Below the pieces are notes generated by a model, which was given only the letters and a program-made list of their open reading frames with translations, was not told the DNA's origin and made no database searches. 64,000 nucleotides of DNA from a bacterium (GTDB lineage Bacteria; Sysuimicrobiota; Sysuimicrobiia; Sysuimicrobiales; Segetimicrobiaceae): positions 14,201 to 78,200 of the forward strand of contig DATGHZ010000040.1 in NCBI GenBank assembly GCA_035307565.1. The letters are read 5' to 3'. Within the stretch, counting starts at the first letter, position 1. Each line of letters opens with the position of its first letter. Position numbers and translations under genes: made by a program. This document shows positions 41,221 to 49,805 of the stretch, piece by piece.

Positions 41221-41265
41221 CGGTCTGGCCTGCCGGTCTTCCGGCACCTGCCGTACGTGTTGCTC

Positions 41266-41595
41266 TCACGACGGCGGTCCCGGGCGTCCGGCGGCTCCCG
41301 GCCCTCCGCCGATCTGCCGCAGGCGCAGGCCCTGGACGGGACGGCCGAGCAACTCCTCCGCGGCCGTGACGAACCGCACCGTATGCGGCAGGGTGCTGTG
41401 GGTCTCAAAGGCGGCGGCGTCCACCCATTCCGAGTGAATCGCGAACGAGCGGGGCTCGCGGACCGACTCGAACGCCCGCATGACCACGCAGCCCGGTTCG
41501 GCCCGCGCGGGCCCGAGGACGGCCAGCAGCGCGGCCCTGAAGGCCTCGGCCTTTCCCGCGGGCGGGTCAAACCGCACAACAAAATGAAAGGACAT
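41266..41595 (-). CDS. antibiotic biosynthesis monooxygenase (ABM) domain protein
   Basis: 109 aa ferredoxin-like ABM pattern (FHFVVRF...FAIHSEWVDAAAFETH). Confidence 0.7.
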   Translation of the reverse strand: MSFHFVVRFDPPAGKAEAFRAALLAVLGPARAEPGCVVMRAFESVREPRSFAIHSEWVDAAAFETHSTLPHTVRFVTAAEELLGRPVQGLRLRQIGGGPGAAGRPGPPS

Positions 41596-41622
41596 GCGCC
41601 ACCTCCGTGACCCTGCACCGGC

Positions 41623-42915
41623 CTACGGATAGAGCCGGTTGATCAGCCGCGGAAAGGCGATGGTCTCCCGCACGTGTTCCACCCCGCAGATCCAGGCGAC
41701 CGTGCGCTCCACGCCGATGCCGAAACCGCTGTGCGGAACCGAGCCGTACCGCCGGAGGTCAAGGTACCACGCGTACTGCTCGCGCGGCAGGCGGTGCTCC
41801 TCGAGCCGGCGTTCGAGCAGCGCGAGGTCGTGGATCCGCTGCCCGCCGCCCACGATCTCCCCGTAGCCTTCGGGCGCCAAGAGGTCCGCGCCCAGGACGA
41901 CCTGGGGGCGCGCGGGATCCGGCTGCATGTAGAAGGCTTTGCATTGGGCCGGATAGTGCGTCACGAACACCGGCCGGTCGAACGCCTTGGCGAGCACGGT
42001 CTCCTCGTCGCCGCCGAAATCGTCGCCCCACGCGATCGGGAGGCCGCCGCCCCGCAGCCGCTCGACCGCCTCGTCGTAGGTGATCCTGGGAAACGGCGGG
42101 CGCACCCGCTCCAGCGGCGCGCGGTCGCGCTCGAGCACCCGCAATTCCGCGTCGCGCCGCTCGAGGACGCGGGCGACCACGAAGGCGACGAGGCCCTGGG
42201 CCAAGTCGATGCATCCGTCCAGGTCGAGATACGCGGCCTCGGGCTCGATCATCCAAAATTCGGTGAGGTGCCGCCGCGTCTTGGACTTTTCCGCGCGGAA
42301 CGCCGGGCTGAAGCAGTACACGCGGCCGAACGCGGCGGCCCCGGCTTCGCTGTACAGCTGGCCGCTCTGCGTGAGATACGCTTGCGTGTCGAAGTACGGC
42401 GTCTCAAACAGCGTCGAGGTACCTTCGCACGCGGCCGGCGTCAGGATCGGCGTATCCATGCGGATGTAGCCCTGCGTGTCCAGGTACTCGCACATCGCGC
42501 GCTCGACTTCGGCGCGAACGCGGAGGATCGCCCACTGGCGGCTGCTGCGCAGCCACAGGTGCCGGTGATCCATCAGGAACTCGATGCCGTGTTCCTTGGG
42601 CGTGATGGGGTACGCCGCGGCCACCTGCACGACCCGCACGTCCCGCACCGACAGTTCGTAGCCGCCCGGCGCCCGGCGGTCCTCGCGTACGACCCCCCGC
42701 ACGATGATCGCGGACTCCTGGGTCAGCCCTCCGATTGTCGCAAACACGTCCGGCGGCACGTCCGCGCGGGCCGCGACGGCCTGGACGATGCCGGTGCCGT
42801 CACGCACGAGGAGGAAGTGGATGGCGCCGCTGCTGCGGAGGTGGTAGAGCCAGCCGTCGATCTCCACCGTCTCGCCGGCGTGCGCGGCGAGACGCTCAAC
42901 CGGTACCGCGGGCAT
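41623..42915 (-). CDS. asnS: asparagine--tRNA ligase (class IIb, 430 aa)
   Basis: OB anticodon-binding domain, motif 2 FRAEKSKTRRHLTEFWMIEPE, motif 3 GFGIGVER. AAGGAG ribosome-binding site. An archaeal-type AspRS is not fully excluded. Confidence 0.8.
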   Translation of the reverse strand: MPAVPVERLAAHAGETVEIDGWLYHLRSSGAIHFLLVRDGTGIVQAVAARADVPPDVFATIGGLTQESAIIVRGVVREDRRAPGGYELSVRDVRVVQVAAAYPITPKEHGIEFLMDHRHLWLRSSRQWAILRVRAEVERAMCEYLDTQGYIRMDTPILTPAACEGTSTLFETPYFDTQAYLTQSGQLYSEAGAAAFGRVYCFSPAFRAEKSKTRRHLTEFWMIEPEAAYLDLDGCIDLAQGLVAFVVARVLERRDAELRVLERDRAPLERVRPPFPRITYDEAVERLRGGGLPIAWGDDFGGDEETVLAKAFDRPVFVTHYPAQCKAFYMQPDPARPQVVLGADLLAPEGYGEIVGGGQRIHDLALLERRLEEHRLPREQYAWYLDLRRYGSVPHSGFGIGVERTVAWICGVEHVRETIAFPRLINRLYP

Positions 42916-43021
42916 GCTGTCCGGCTCCTTTCACGTCGAAGCGTCTGCGCTTTCCAGAGCGCGCCGCCGGGACCCTGCCCGTGTGTTGCGGTGCCGCGGT
43001 GCAGCGCTTAGACTTGCGCCT

Positions 43022-43693
43022 GTGATCCCGCCTCACGATATCGCGCTCATCTTCGACATGGACAACACCGTACTCGGCTCGCACATCGACTTCGCCGCGA
43101 TCCGGCGGGCGCTCGGCGCGATACTCCGCGAGGCCGGCGCGACGGACGAATCCGACGAGCGGCTGCGCCCGCGGAGCATCTCGGAACTGGTCGCCTGCGG
43201 CGCGGCGTACGACCGGGGCCGCGGCACGGCGCTCGTCCCGGCGATGTGGGCGATCATCAGTGCGCACGAGGCCGAAGGGCTGCGGGGCGCCGCCGCGCTC
43301 GACGACGCCCCCGGCGTGCTCGCGGCGCTGCGGGCGCGCGGCTATCGCCTCGCGATTCTCACGAACAACAGCCGGACCGCCGCGCTGCGGGCGCTCGAGT
43401 CCGCCGGCCTCGCCGGCGCCGCCGACACGGTCGTGACGCGGGACGACGTCCCGGCGATGAAGCCGGCCGCGGACGGCGCGATCGAATCACTCCGCCGGCT
43501 CGGCCCCGCGGCGCGCGCGTATGTGATCGGCGACTCGTGGATCGACGGGAGCGCGGCCGCCAGGGCAGGCGCGCGGTTCATCGCGTACCGGCGCACCGCC
43601 GACGAACTGCGCCCGCACGGCCTGCGGCCGTGGCGCGTCATCCACCATCTCTCGGAATTGCTCGCGATCAACTTCGGCGACGCCACCTCGTAG
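43022..43693 (+). CDS. HAD-superfamily hydrolase
   Basis: DxDxT motif LIFDMDNTVL, ILTNNS, GDSWIDG. GTG 43022 chosen. Confidence 0.75.
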   Translation: MIPPHDIALIFDMDNTVLGSHIDFAAIRRALGAILREAGATDESDERLRPRSISELVACGAAYDRGRGTALVPAMWAIISAHEAEGLRGAAALDDAPGVLAALRARGYRLAILTNNSRTAALRALESAGLAGAADTVVTRDDVPAMKPAADGAIESLRRLGPAARAYVIGDSWIDGSAAARAGARFIAYRRTADELRPHGLRPWRVIHHLSELLAINFGDATS

Positions 43694-43746
43694 CTATACG
43701 CTTACCGGCGCGCCGTGACGGCCGCGGGGCGGGTGGCGGGGCCGAG

Positions 43747-44715
43747 TTAGAGCGAGGCGGCGGCCGGAATGACCTCTTCCGCGATCTCCCGGACCGCGTC
43801 GAGGTCGTCCAGCATGAAGAACTGCAGGTTGAAGCGGCTGATCCCTTCGGCGGTCAACGTGCGCATCTGCCCGACGATCTCTTCCCCCGTTCCGACGAGC
43901 CATCCGGCGTCGCGGAGTTCCTTCGGCAGCGCCGCCGCGGGCGTCGCCGCGCGTGTGGTGACGTACTCCTGCACGACACGCGCGCGCCGCTCGAGCACGC
44001 TTCCGTTCTCGCCGATCAGAATGCCGCCCATCCAGGACCGGCGGATCGCCGCCGGATCGCGTCCGACCTTACGGCAGGCGGCTTCGAGCGTGTGGGTTCG
44101 CTCCCGCACGGCCGCCGGCTGCTGTGCGCCGCCGCAGTTCCATTCGTCCGCGTAGCGGGCGGCGATCTCGAGCAGTTTCGGCCCCTTGCCGCCGATGACC
44201 AGCGGGATGCGGGGCCGCTGCGCCGGCTTCGGCCATCCCGTCCCGCCGTCCAGCCGGTAGTATCGACCCTCGAACCGAGCCGGACCGTCCGCCCAGAGCG
44301 CGTGAATGACCTGAATGCCCTCGTCGAGGCGGCGCATGCGCTCGCCGACACGGGGATACGGAATGCCGAAGGCCTGGTGCTCTCCGTCGTGCCACCCGGC
44401 GCCCAGGCCCAATTCGAGCCGCCCACCCGACAACACGTCGACCGCGGCGGCCTCGCGCGCGAGCATCGACGGATGCCTGAACGTAATCGGACAGACCAGC
44501 GGGCCGAATCGAATGCGGCGCGTGGCGGCCGCGAGGTACGCCAGCGACGGCCACGTATCGAGGCCGGGCCGCGTTGTCACGCCGAAGAGAGAAAACAGGT
44601 GGTCGGAGCGCCACAGCGATTCATAACCGAGGCGGTCCGCCGCTTCGGCGAGCCGGCGCCACCGCTCCCAGGTGAGCCCTTCCTGCCCCTCGATCATCAA
44701 CCCCACGTCGGCCAT
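43747..44715 (-). CDS. LLM-class (luciferase-like) flavin/F420-dependent oxidoreductase
   Basis: MADVGLMIEGQEGLTWERW..LGYESLWRSDH pattern of the luciferase-like monooxygenase family. Confidence 0.8.
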   Translation of the reverse strand: MADVGLMIEGQEGLTWERWRRLAEAADRLGYESLWRSDHLFSLFGVTTRPGLDTWPSLAYLAAATRRIRFGPLVCPITFRHPSMLAREAAAVDVLSGGRLELGLGAGWHDGEHQAFGIPYPRVGERMRRLDEGIQVIHALWADGPARFEGRYYRLDGGTGWPKPAQRPRIPLVIGGKGPKLLEIAARYADEWNCGGAQQPAAVRERTHTLEAACRKVGRDPAAIRRSWMGGILIGENGSVLERRARVVQEYVTTRAATPAAALPKELRDAGWLVGTGEEIVGQMRTLTAEGISRFNLQFFMLDDLDAVREIAEEVIPAAASL

Positions 44716-44718
44716 GGG

Positions 44719-45564
44719 CTACCAGAGATGCTTGAACTTTTTGGCGAACCGCTGCTCCAAGGCGTCTTTATGGAGATGATAGACGGGGCACTTGCGGATC
44801 ACGCAGACCTGCAGCGCCGTGTTGCAATAAGCGTTGGCTACGCGCCAGCATTCCTGGTTGATGAAGTAGGATCGGCAGACGCCGGTGCGCGACTCCGCGG
44901 GTGCCGGGGCCAGGGTATCCACCGGCACGTCGTCGGTCCCGGACGGCCGGTTCTGCCCGGCCGTCTCGACGGGCGCGCGGGATGCCTGGCCCTGCCGTGC
45001 GCGCCGCGTCCCCCCGCTCCGCGGCGACTCACCCGACGTACCGCCGCCCGCACGGGCCGGACGCGGACGCCGCGCCTTCGCCGGGTGCGTCTTGCCGGAC
45101 CGCGATGCCGGCCGCCTGGCGGAGCCCGCGGCCCCTTCGGCCGGCACCGGCGGCGGGAACACGGCGGTCTCCGTGATGAATTCAAACGGAACGGCGGGGG
45201 GCACCGTGCGCTCCGGCGCGGTCTTGCCGGCCGGTGCCGCCGTCTCCGCCGCGTTCCCGGCGGGGGAAATCGGCGAGCCGTTCAAAGGCTGGACCTCGTA
45301 GCGCATCGCCGCCGGCCTGAGATCACCCGGGGGCGGGAGGTCCGCATCGGGCAGCCGGTCATCCGCGGGCGGCAACGAGAGCGGCAGTGTCGCGCCCGCC
45401 ACGGTGGTATCCTCTGCGCCACCCGGTGCCGCCTCCGCGGACGGACCGCGCGGCGCGGGCGGCCGGCGCTCGGGCTCGCGGCCTTCGAAGGCCGCGAGAT
45501 CCCGCGTCGTATCCGCGATGAGTGCTCTAATTCCGCGCCGGAGCGCGTCCCGCTTTTTGTTCAA
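44719..45564 (-). CDS. hypothetical ParA-partner candidate: ParB-like N-terminal peptide, long disordered region, C-terminal Cys5His2 module
   Basis: TTG start 45564 with AAGGAAG upstream; overlaps the parA-like 3' end by 38 nt. N-terminus NKKRDALRRGIRALIAD. About 210 aa Pro/Ala/Arg-rich. C-terminus CRSYFINQECWRVANAYCNTALQVCVIRKCPVYHLHKD...KKFKHLW. No family recognised. Confidence 0.5.
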   Translation of the reverse strand: MNKKRDALRRGIRALIADTTRDLAAFEGREPERRPPAPRGPSAEAAPGGAEDTTVAGATLPLSLPPADDRLPDADLPPPGDLRPAAMRYEVQPLNGSPISPAGNAAETAAPAGKTAPERTVPPAVPFEFITETAVFPPPVPAEGAAGSARRPASRSGKTHPAKARRPRPARAGGGTSGESPRSGGTRRARQGQASRAPVETAGQNRPSGTDDVPVDTLAPAPAESRTGVCRSYFINQECWRVANAYCNTALQVCVIRKCPVYHLHKDALEQRFAKKFKHLW

Positions 45565-46330
45565 GGGCCATCACTTCCTTGGCGAGGCTCATGTACTCGG
45601 CGGCCCCGCGCGAGGAGGGCAGGTGGACGAAGACCGGCACGCCGACCATGCTCGATTCCACCAGTTTGATGTTGAAGTGGATCGCGCTCGCGAACACCTT
45701 CTCGCCGAAATAGTCGCGGATCCCATGCAGGATCTCCTTGCCGATGCTCGTGCGCGCGTCGTACATCGTCGGCACCACGCCGGCGATCTCCACCTCGTGC
45801 CCGGCTTCCTCTTTGACCGCCTTGAGCGTCCGCAGCAGCTGCCGCATGCCGAGCAGCGCGTAATAGTGCGTCTGGATCGGGATGATGACTTCGTTGCATG
45901 CCACGAGGGCGTTGAGCGTCAGCAGGCCGAGGCTGGGCGGCGTGTCGACGATGATGTATTCGTACCGCTCGCGCAGCGGCGCGATTTTCTTGCGAAGCGC
46001 GTTTTCGCGGCCGATGCGCGACGACAGTTCCAGTTCGGCCGCGGCAAGGTCGATCGAGGAGGGCGCGAGGTCGAGGTTCGGGACGTTCGAGGGTGCGACG
46101 ATGCTGGCGAGCTCGGCGCCCTGGCCGTCGCCCGGCACATCTTCCACTAAGATGTTGTACATCGTGCGGGTGAGCGCCGCGGGATCGGTGCCAAGACTGA
46201 CCGTGGCGTTAGCCTGCGGGTCCAGGTCGATCAGGAGCACCCGGCGCTTGCTGACAGCGAGGCAGGCCGCGAGGTTAACCGCGGTGGTGGTCTTACCGCA
46301 TCCGCCCTTTTGATTGACGAGGGCGATCAC
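45527..46330 (-). CDS. ParA/Soj-family P-loop ATPase (orphan)
   Basis: Deviant Walker A NQKGGCGKTT, LLIDLDPQ, IIVDTPPS. 267 aa, GTG start. Confidence 0.85.
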   Translation of the reverse strand: MIALVNQKGGCGKTTTAVNLAACLAVSKRRVLLIDLDPQANATVSLGTDPAALTRTMYNILVEDVPGDGQGAELASIVAPSNVPNLDLAPSSIDLAAAELELSSRIGRENALRKKIAPLRERYEYIIVDTPPSLGLLTLNALVACNEVIIPIQTHYYALLGMRQLLRTLKAVKEEAGHEVEIAGVVPTMYDARTSIGKEILHGIRDYFGEKVFASAIHFNIKLVESSMVGVPVFVHLPSSRGAAEYMSLAKEVMALEQKAGRAPARN

Positions 46331-46405
46331 GCGGGCCGTGGTCGTCCGTTCTACCCCCAGGTCCCCGTCCTCCGTGCCGATGGTCGCACGCCTGTTCGCC
46401 GCGGG

Positions 46406-47752
46406 TCACCGATCTCCTCTGCCGGGAGCGGGTTCGGTTCCGCCTCCCTCGCCGGCGAGGCGGTCGATGAGCGCAAGCGCCTCCTCCCTGGTACGGATGC
46501 GGCCCTCCAGGCGGGCGTCCTCGACCGCCTCGAGGATCGCACCCACGCGGGGGCCCGGCGGCACGCCGCGCGCCAGCACGTCGTGGCCCGTGGCCAGGGG
46601 CGCCGGGGCGGGCGGCGACTCGGCGATCCGCGCGGCCTCGGCGCGCGCCCAGTCATAGAGCATCAGGTCACCGTGGCTGGCCGCGCAGTCCGCCCGGTGC
46701 AGCTCCAGCAGGTCGGGGAACATCTCGTCCGCGAAGAGCCGCCGGCGCTTCGCCTCTCGCATCTGCGGCAGGTCTTTGAACACCATGTGGCGGCCGACGA
46801 GCGCCGTGGCGCGGTCGATGTCGCGGCGGGGAAACCGCAGGCGCGCCATCACGGCCTCCGCGATCTGCACCCCGCGCTCATCGTGGCGGCTGAACCGGAT
46901 GCGGTCGGGGGCGTATTCCAACGTGCCCGGCTTTCCGGCGTCGTGGAGGAGCGCGGCCATCGCGAGCGCCGGCGACGGCGCGCGCAGCGCGGCCACCGCG
47001 AGACGGGTGTGCTCGAAGACGTCGCCTTCGGGATGAAACTCCGCGGGCTGCGGCACGCCGATCTCCGCGGCGATCTCCGGCAGCACCGCCGCGAGCAGCC
47101 CGGTGTCGCGCAGCAGCGAAAGCGCCCGGCCGGGGTCCGGCCCGGTCAGCATGCGGACCAGTTCGTCGCGCACACGCTCGGCGCTCACCGCGCCGATATC
47201 GCCGGCATGGCGCCGCACCGCCTCGAACGTGCCGGCCTCGATCGCGAAGTCCAACTCCGCCGCGAGACGCAGCGCGCGCAGCATCCGCAGCCGGTCCTCC
47301 TCGAACCGCCGGGCCGGGTCGCCGATGGCGCGGACCACGCGGGCGGTGAGATCGGCCCGCCCCCCGACGAAATCGAGGACGGCGTCCGCCGCCGGGTCCA
47401 AGAAGAGTCCGTTGATCGTGAAATCGCGGCGCTGGGCGTCCTCCCGGGGCCCGGCAAACTCGACGGAGGACGGGTGGCGGCCGTCAAGATACGGGCCTTC
47501 GGTGCGGAACGTCGCGACCTCGTACTCGCCGTCGTCGGTGACGACGCGGACCACGCCGAACGCGGCACCCACCTCGACCGTCCTCGGAAACAAGGCGGTC
47601 ACCTGCGCGGGAAGGGCGGCCGTGGCCACGTCGTAGTCCGCCGCGGGACGGCCGAGCAGGCGGTCGCGGACGCACCCGCCGGCGAGATAAGACTCAAAGC
47701 CCGCGTCGCGCAGGCGCGCCACGACCGCGGCGGCCGACACAAAGGTGGCCAC
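46406..47752 (-). CDS. cca: CCA tRNA nucleotidyltransferase with HD domain
   Basis: YLAGGCVRDRLLG..DYDVAT, RDFTINGL, HD region LLHDAGKP. Confidence 0.85.
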   Translation of the reverse strand: MATFVSAAAVVARLRDAGFESYLAGGCVRDRLLGRPAADYDVATAALPAQVTALFPRTVEVGAAFGVVRVVTDDGEYEVATFRTEGPYLDGRHPSSVEFAGPREDAQRRDFTINGLFLDPAADAVLDFVGGRADLTARVVRAIGDPARRFEEDRLRMLRALRLAAELDFAIEAGTFEAVRRHAGDIGAVSAERVRDELVRMLTGPDPGRALSLLRDTGLLAAVLPEIAAEIGVPQPAEFHPEGDVFEHTRLAVAALRAPSPALAMAALLHDAGKPGTLEYAPDRIRFSRHDERGVQIAEAVMARLRFPRRDIDRATALVGRHMVFKDLPQMREAKRRRLFADEMFPDLLELHRADCAASHGDLMLYDWARAEAARIAESPPAPAPLATGHDVLARGVPPGPRVGAILEAVEDARLEGRIRTREEALALIDRLAGEGGGTEPAPGRGDR

Positions 47753-47772
47753 CGCCCGTTATCCGGCCGGGA

Positions 47773-48567
47773 TCACGTGTCTTCGGGTGCGGGACGCCGG
47801 TCGCTCACCAGCGCGCGAAGGCGCGCGAGCGCCTCGCGGAGGATGCGCGACACGTGCATTTGCGAGATGCCGAGCCGCCGCGCGATTTCGGCCTGCGAAA
47901 GGTCGTCGAAAAAGCGCATGCGGATGATCTGCTGGGCCCGCTCCGGCATCCGGGCGAGCGCCCAATCGAGGGTGGCGCGGTCTTCGAGCCGCTCGAGCGC
48001 CTCGTCCTCGTCGCCGACCGATTCCAGCAGCGAGACGCTGTGCTCCTCGTCGCCGTCGCTCGTCTCCGCGTCGAGGGACACGAGGCTGTAGGCGCGGCCC
48101 ACCTCGAGCGCGGAGATCACATCTTCGAAGTCGACGCCGGTGAACTGCGCGATCTCGGGGATCGTGGGCGAGCGGCCGAGGCGCTGCGACAGTTCCTCGA
48201 TCGCGCGCATGAGCGTATAGTTGAGTTCGCGCAGCCGCCGGGGCACCCGGATCGCCCAGAGTTTGTCGCGAAAATGCCGCTTGATCTCGCCGACGATGGT
48301 CGGCGTCGCGTAGGTCGTAAACTCGATGCCGCGGTCGGGATCGTAGCGGTCGATGGCCTTCAACAGGCCGATCTGGGCGACCTGGATGATGTCCTCGAGG
48401 GGCTCGCCGCGGTCGGCGAACTTGCGGGCGAGGTAGACGGCAAGGCTCTCATGGGCCAGCGTCAGTTCTTCGCGGACGTTCGCGCCGCGGGTCTCCTGAA
48501 ATTTTTGGAAGAGGGCCCGGACTTCTTCTTTGTCCAGGAGCCGACGGCCCCGCCGGCGCGTCGCCAT
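47773..48567 (-). CDS. RNA polymerase sigma factor, SigB/SigF/SigG (group 3) family
   Basis: Regions 2-4: QIGLLKAIDRYDP, PTIVGEIKRHFRDK.W.IRVPRR, GISQMHVSRILREAL. Confidence 0.9.
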   Translation of the reverse strand: MATRRRGRRLLDKEEVRALFQKFQETRGANVREELTLAHESLAVYLARKFADRGEPLEDIIQVAQIGLLKAIDRYDPDRGIEFTTYATPTIVGEIKRHFRDKLWAIRVPRRLRELNYTLMRAIEELSQRLGRSPTIPEIAQFTGVDFEDVISALEVGRAYSLVSLDAETSDGDEEHSVSLLESVGDEDEALERLEDRATLDWALARMPERAQQIIRMRFFDDLSQAEIARRLGISQMHVSRILREALARLRALVSDRRPAPEDT

Positions 48568-48573
48568 GGAGCG

Positions 48574-49017
48574 CTAGTCCTGGCGCCGCTTGAGGAGCCG
48601 AAGCTCGGTCACGCCGGATGCGGCATCGTGTCGCGCTTCGACTTCGTCGACCAGGCATTGCATGAGGAACATCCCGAGACGGCTTTCGTCGATCGGCGCA
48701 TCGCCCGTCGCGGGCCCCGTGCCGTCCGCCGCCCAGGCCGGCGCCGGCGCGCGCGCCGACACGAGGACCTCGATGGAACCCGGGGACAGCACGAAGGCCG
48801 TCGTCAGCGGTTGCGTCGCGTCCGGCCGCGCCACGATCAGCGCCGTGCACGCTTCCCCGACCGCGATCTTGAGATCCTCGATCTCGTCGTATGTAAAGCC
48901 CTGCCGCGCGGCCACCGTCGCCGCGGTCAGGCGGGCCACACTCACGAATTCCGGCCGGACCGGAATCGAGATCTCGACGCGCTCGTCGCCGTTCCGCACC
49001 GGCCGGTTCGGCACCAC
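48574..49017 (-). CDS. RsbW/SpoIIAB-like anti-sigma factor with degenerate kinase motifs
   Basis: FTYDEIEDLKIAVGEACT is near-identical to the remembered B. subtilis RsbW sequence. However, the N-box Asn is Ala (TALI), G1 DxGxG is SARAPAP, and G2 is SRLG. GGAG then GTG 49017. Confidence 0.75.
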   Translation of the reverse strand: MVPNRPVRNGDERVEISIPVRPEFVSVARLTAATVAARQGFTYDEIEDLKIAVGEACTALIVARPDATQPLTTAFVLSPGSIEVLVSARAPAPAWAADGTGPATGDAPIDESRLGMFLMQCLVDEVEARHDAASGVTELRLLKRRQD

Positions 49018-49018
49018 G

Positions 49019-49402
49019 TCAATTCTCCGGTTCGCCAAAGTGGGTGGGCTCCTCCAGCGTGGTGTCGGGGGCGCTGCGTCCTTCTTCATAGGCGCGGCGG
49101 ACCCGGTCGCTCCGCGCCTCGAAGGCCGACCGGCCCCGCGCGATCGCGTCGCCGGCCGCGTCCATTGCCCGGTTCACAAAATCGCTGGTGCGCATCCGGT
49201 CCGCCACGTCGCCGGCGGCGCGACGCGCCTGGCCCGCGACGTCGTCGGCCTTGACCCGCGCCCGCTCGCGGAGGCGCTCGCCCTCGCGCCGGAGGCGCTC
49301 ACGCGTCTCCGTGCCGGGCTGCGGGGCAAAGAGCAGACCGAGAGCTACGCCGAACATTGCGCCAACAACGAGTCCCGCGGTGAAATCACGGCGTTCAGTC
49401 AT
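49019..49402 (-). CDS. YtxH-like general stress protein
   Basis: N-terminal TM (FTAGLVVGAMFGVALGLLFAPQPG), then a charged helical region, as in the YtxH family. Confidence 0.75.
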   Translation of the reverse strand: MTERRDFTAGLVVGAMFGVALGLLFAPQPGTETRERLRREGERLRERARVKADDVAGQARRAAGDVADRMRTSDFVNRAMDAAGDAIARGRSAFEARSDRVRRAYEEGRSAPDTTLEEPTHFGEPEN

Positions 49403-49805
49403 GAAGACCCCCCCTCCTCTCGCGTCGAGGCCATATCCACTGTATACCCTCCCTTAGCGCCGCGAGTAACCCCACGGCGTTTGTGACCGTCGGGGCGATG
49501 GTACCGGCCGCCATCTGCCGCATGATCGCGCCGGCGCCCTCGAGGCTCCGGGCCGCGGCCGTGGTCAACCGGTCCATGCGCGCTATCGTATCGAGCACAC
49601 CGTCCATCGCCGCGAGCGTCCGATCCGCCCGGGCGGTGACGGCCCGCGCTTCGATCACCAGCGCCGGCAGCGTGCGCTCGAGTTCCGCGAGCACGTTCTC
49701 CGCGCGCGCCGCGGTGCGGCGGAACTGGACGAGCGCCGGAACGCCGGCGCCCGCCGCCACAACGCAGGCGGCCGCAATGACGGCGAGGCTGATCTCAGTG
49801 ACCAT
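49395..49805 (-). CDS. DUF948 (YtxG-like) protein
   Basis: N-terminal TM (EISLAVIAAACVV), then a long helical region. Order matches ytxG-ytxH. Confidence 0.65.
   Translation of the reverse strand: MVTEISLAVIAAACVVAAGAGVPALVQFRRTAARAENVLAELERTLPALVIEARAVTARADRTLAAMDGVLDTIARMDRLTTAAARSLEGAGAIMRQMAAGTIAPTVTNAVGLLAALREGIQWIWPRRERRGGLHD

Noticed and set aside
43246-45669. 807-aa plus-strand ORF
   Set aside because: It overlaps the HAD gene out of frame and is antisense to the LLM oxidoreductase and the ParA-partner ORF. It is Arg-rich with no domain signatures.
47773-49017. Calling this pair spoIIAB-sigF (forespore sigma operon)
   Set aside because: There is no spoIIAA/STAS gene upstream, the anti-sigma lacks kinase motifs, and the neighbours are ytxG/ytxH-like stress genes rather than dacF/spoVA. 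It is kept as a generic SigB/F/G-family assignment.
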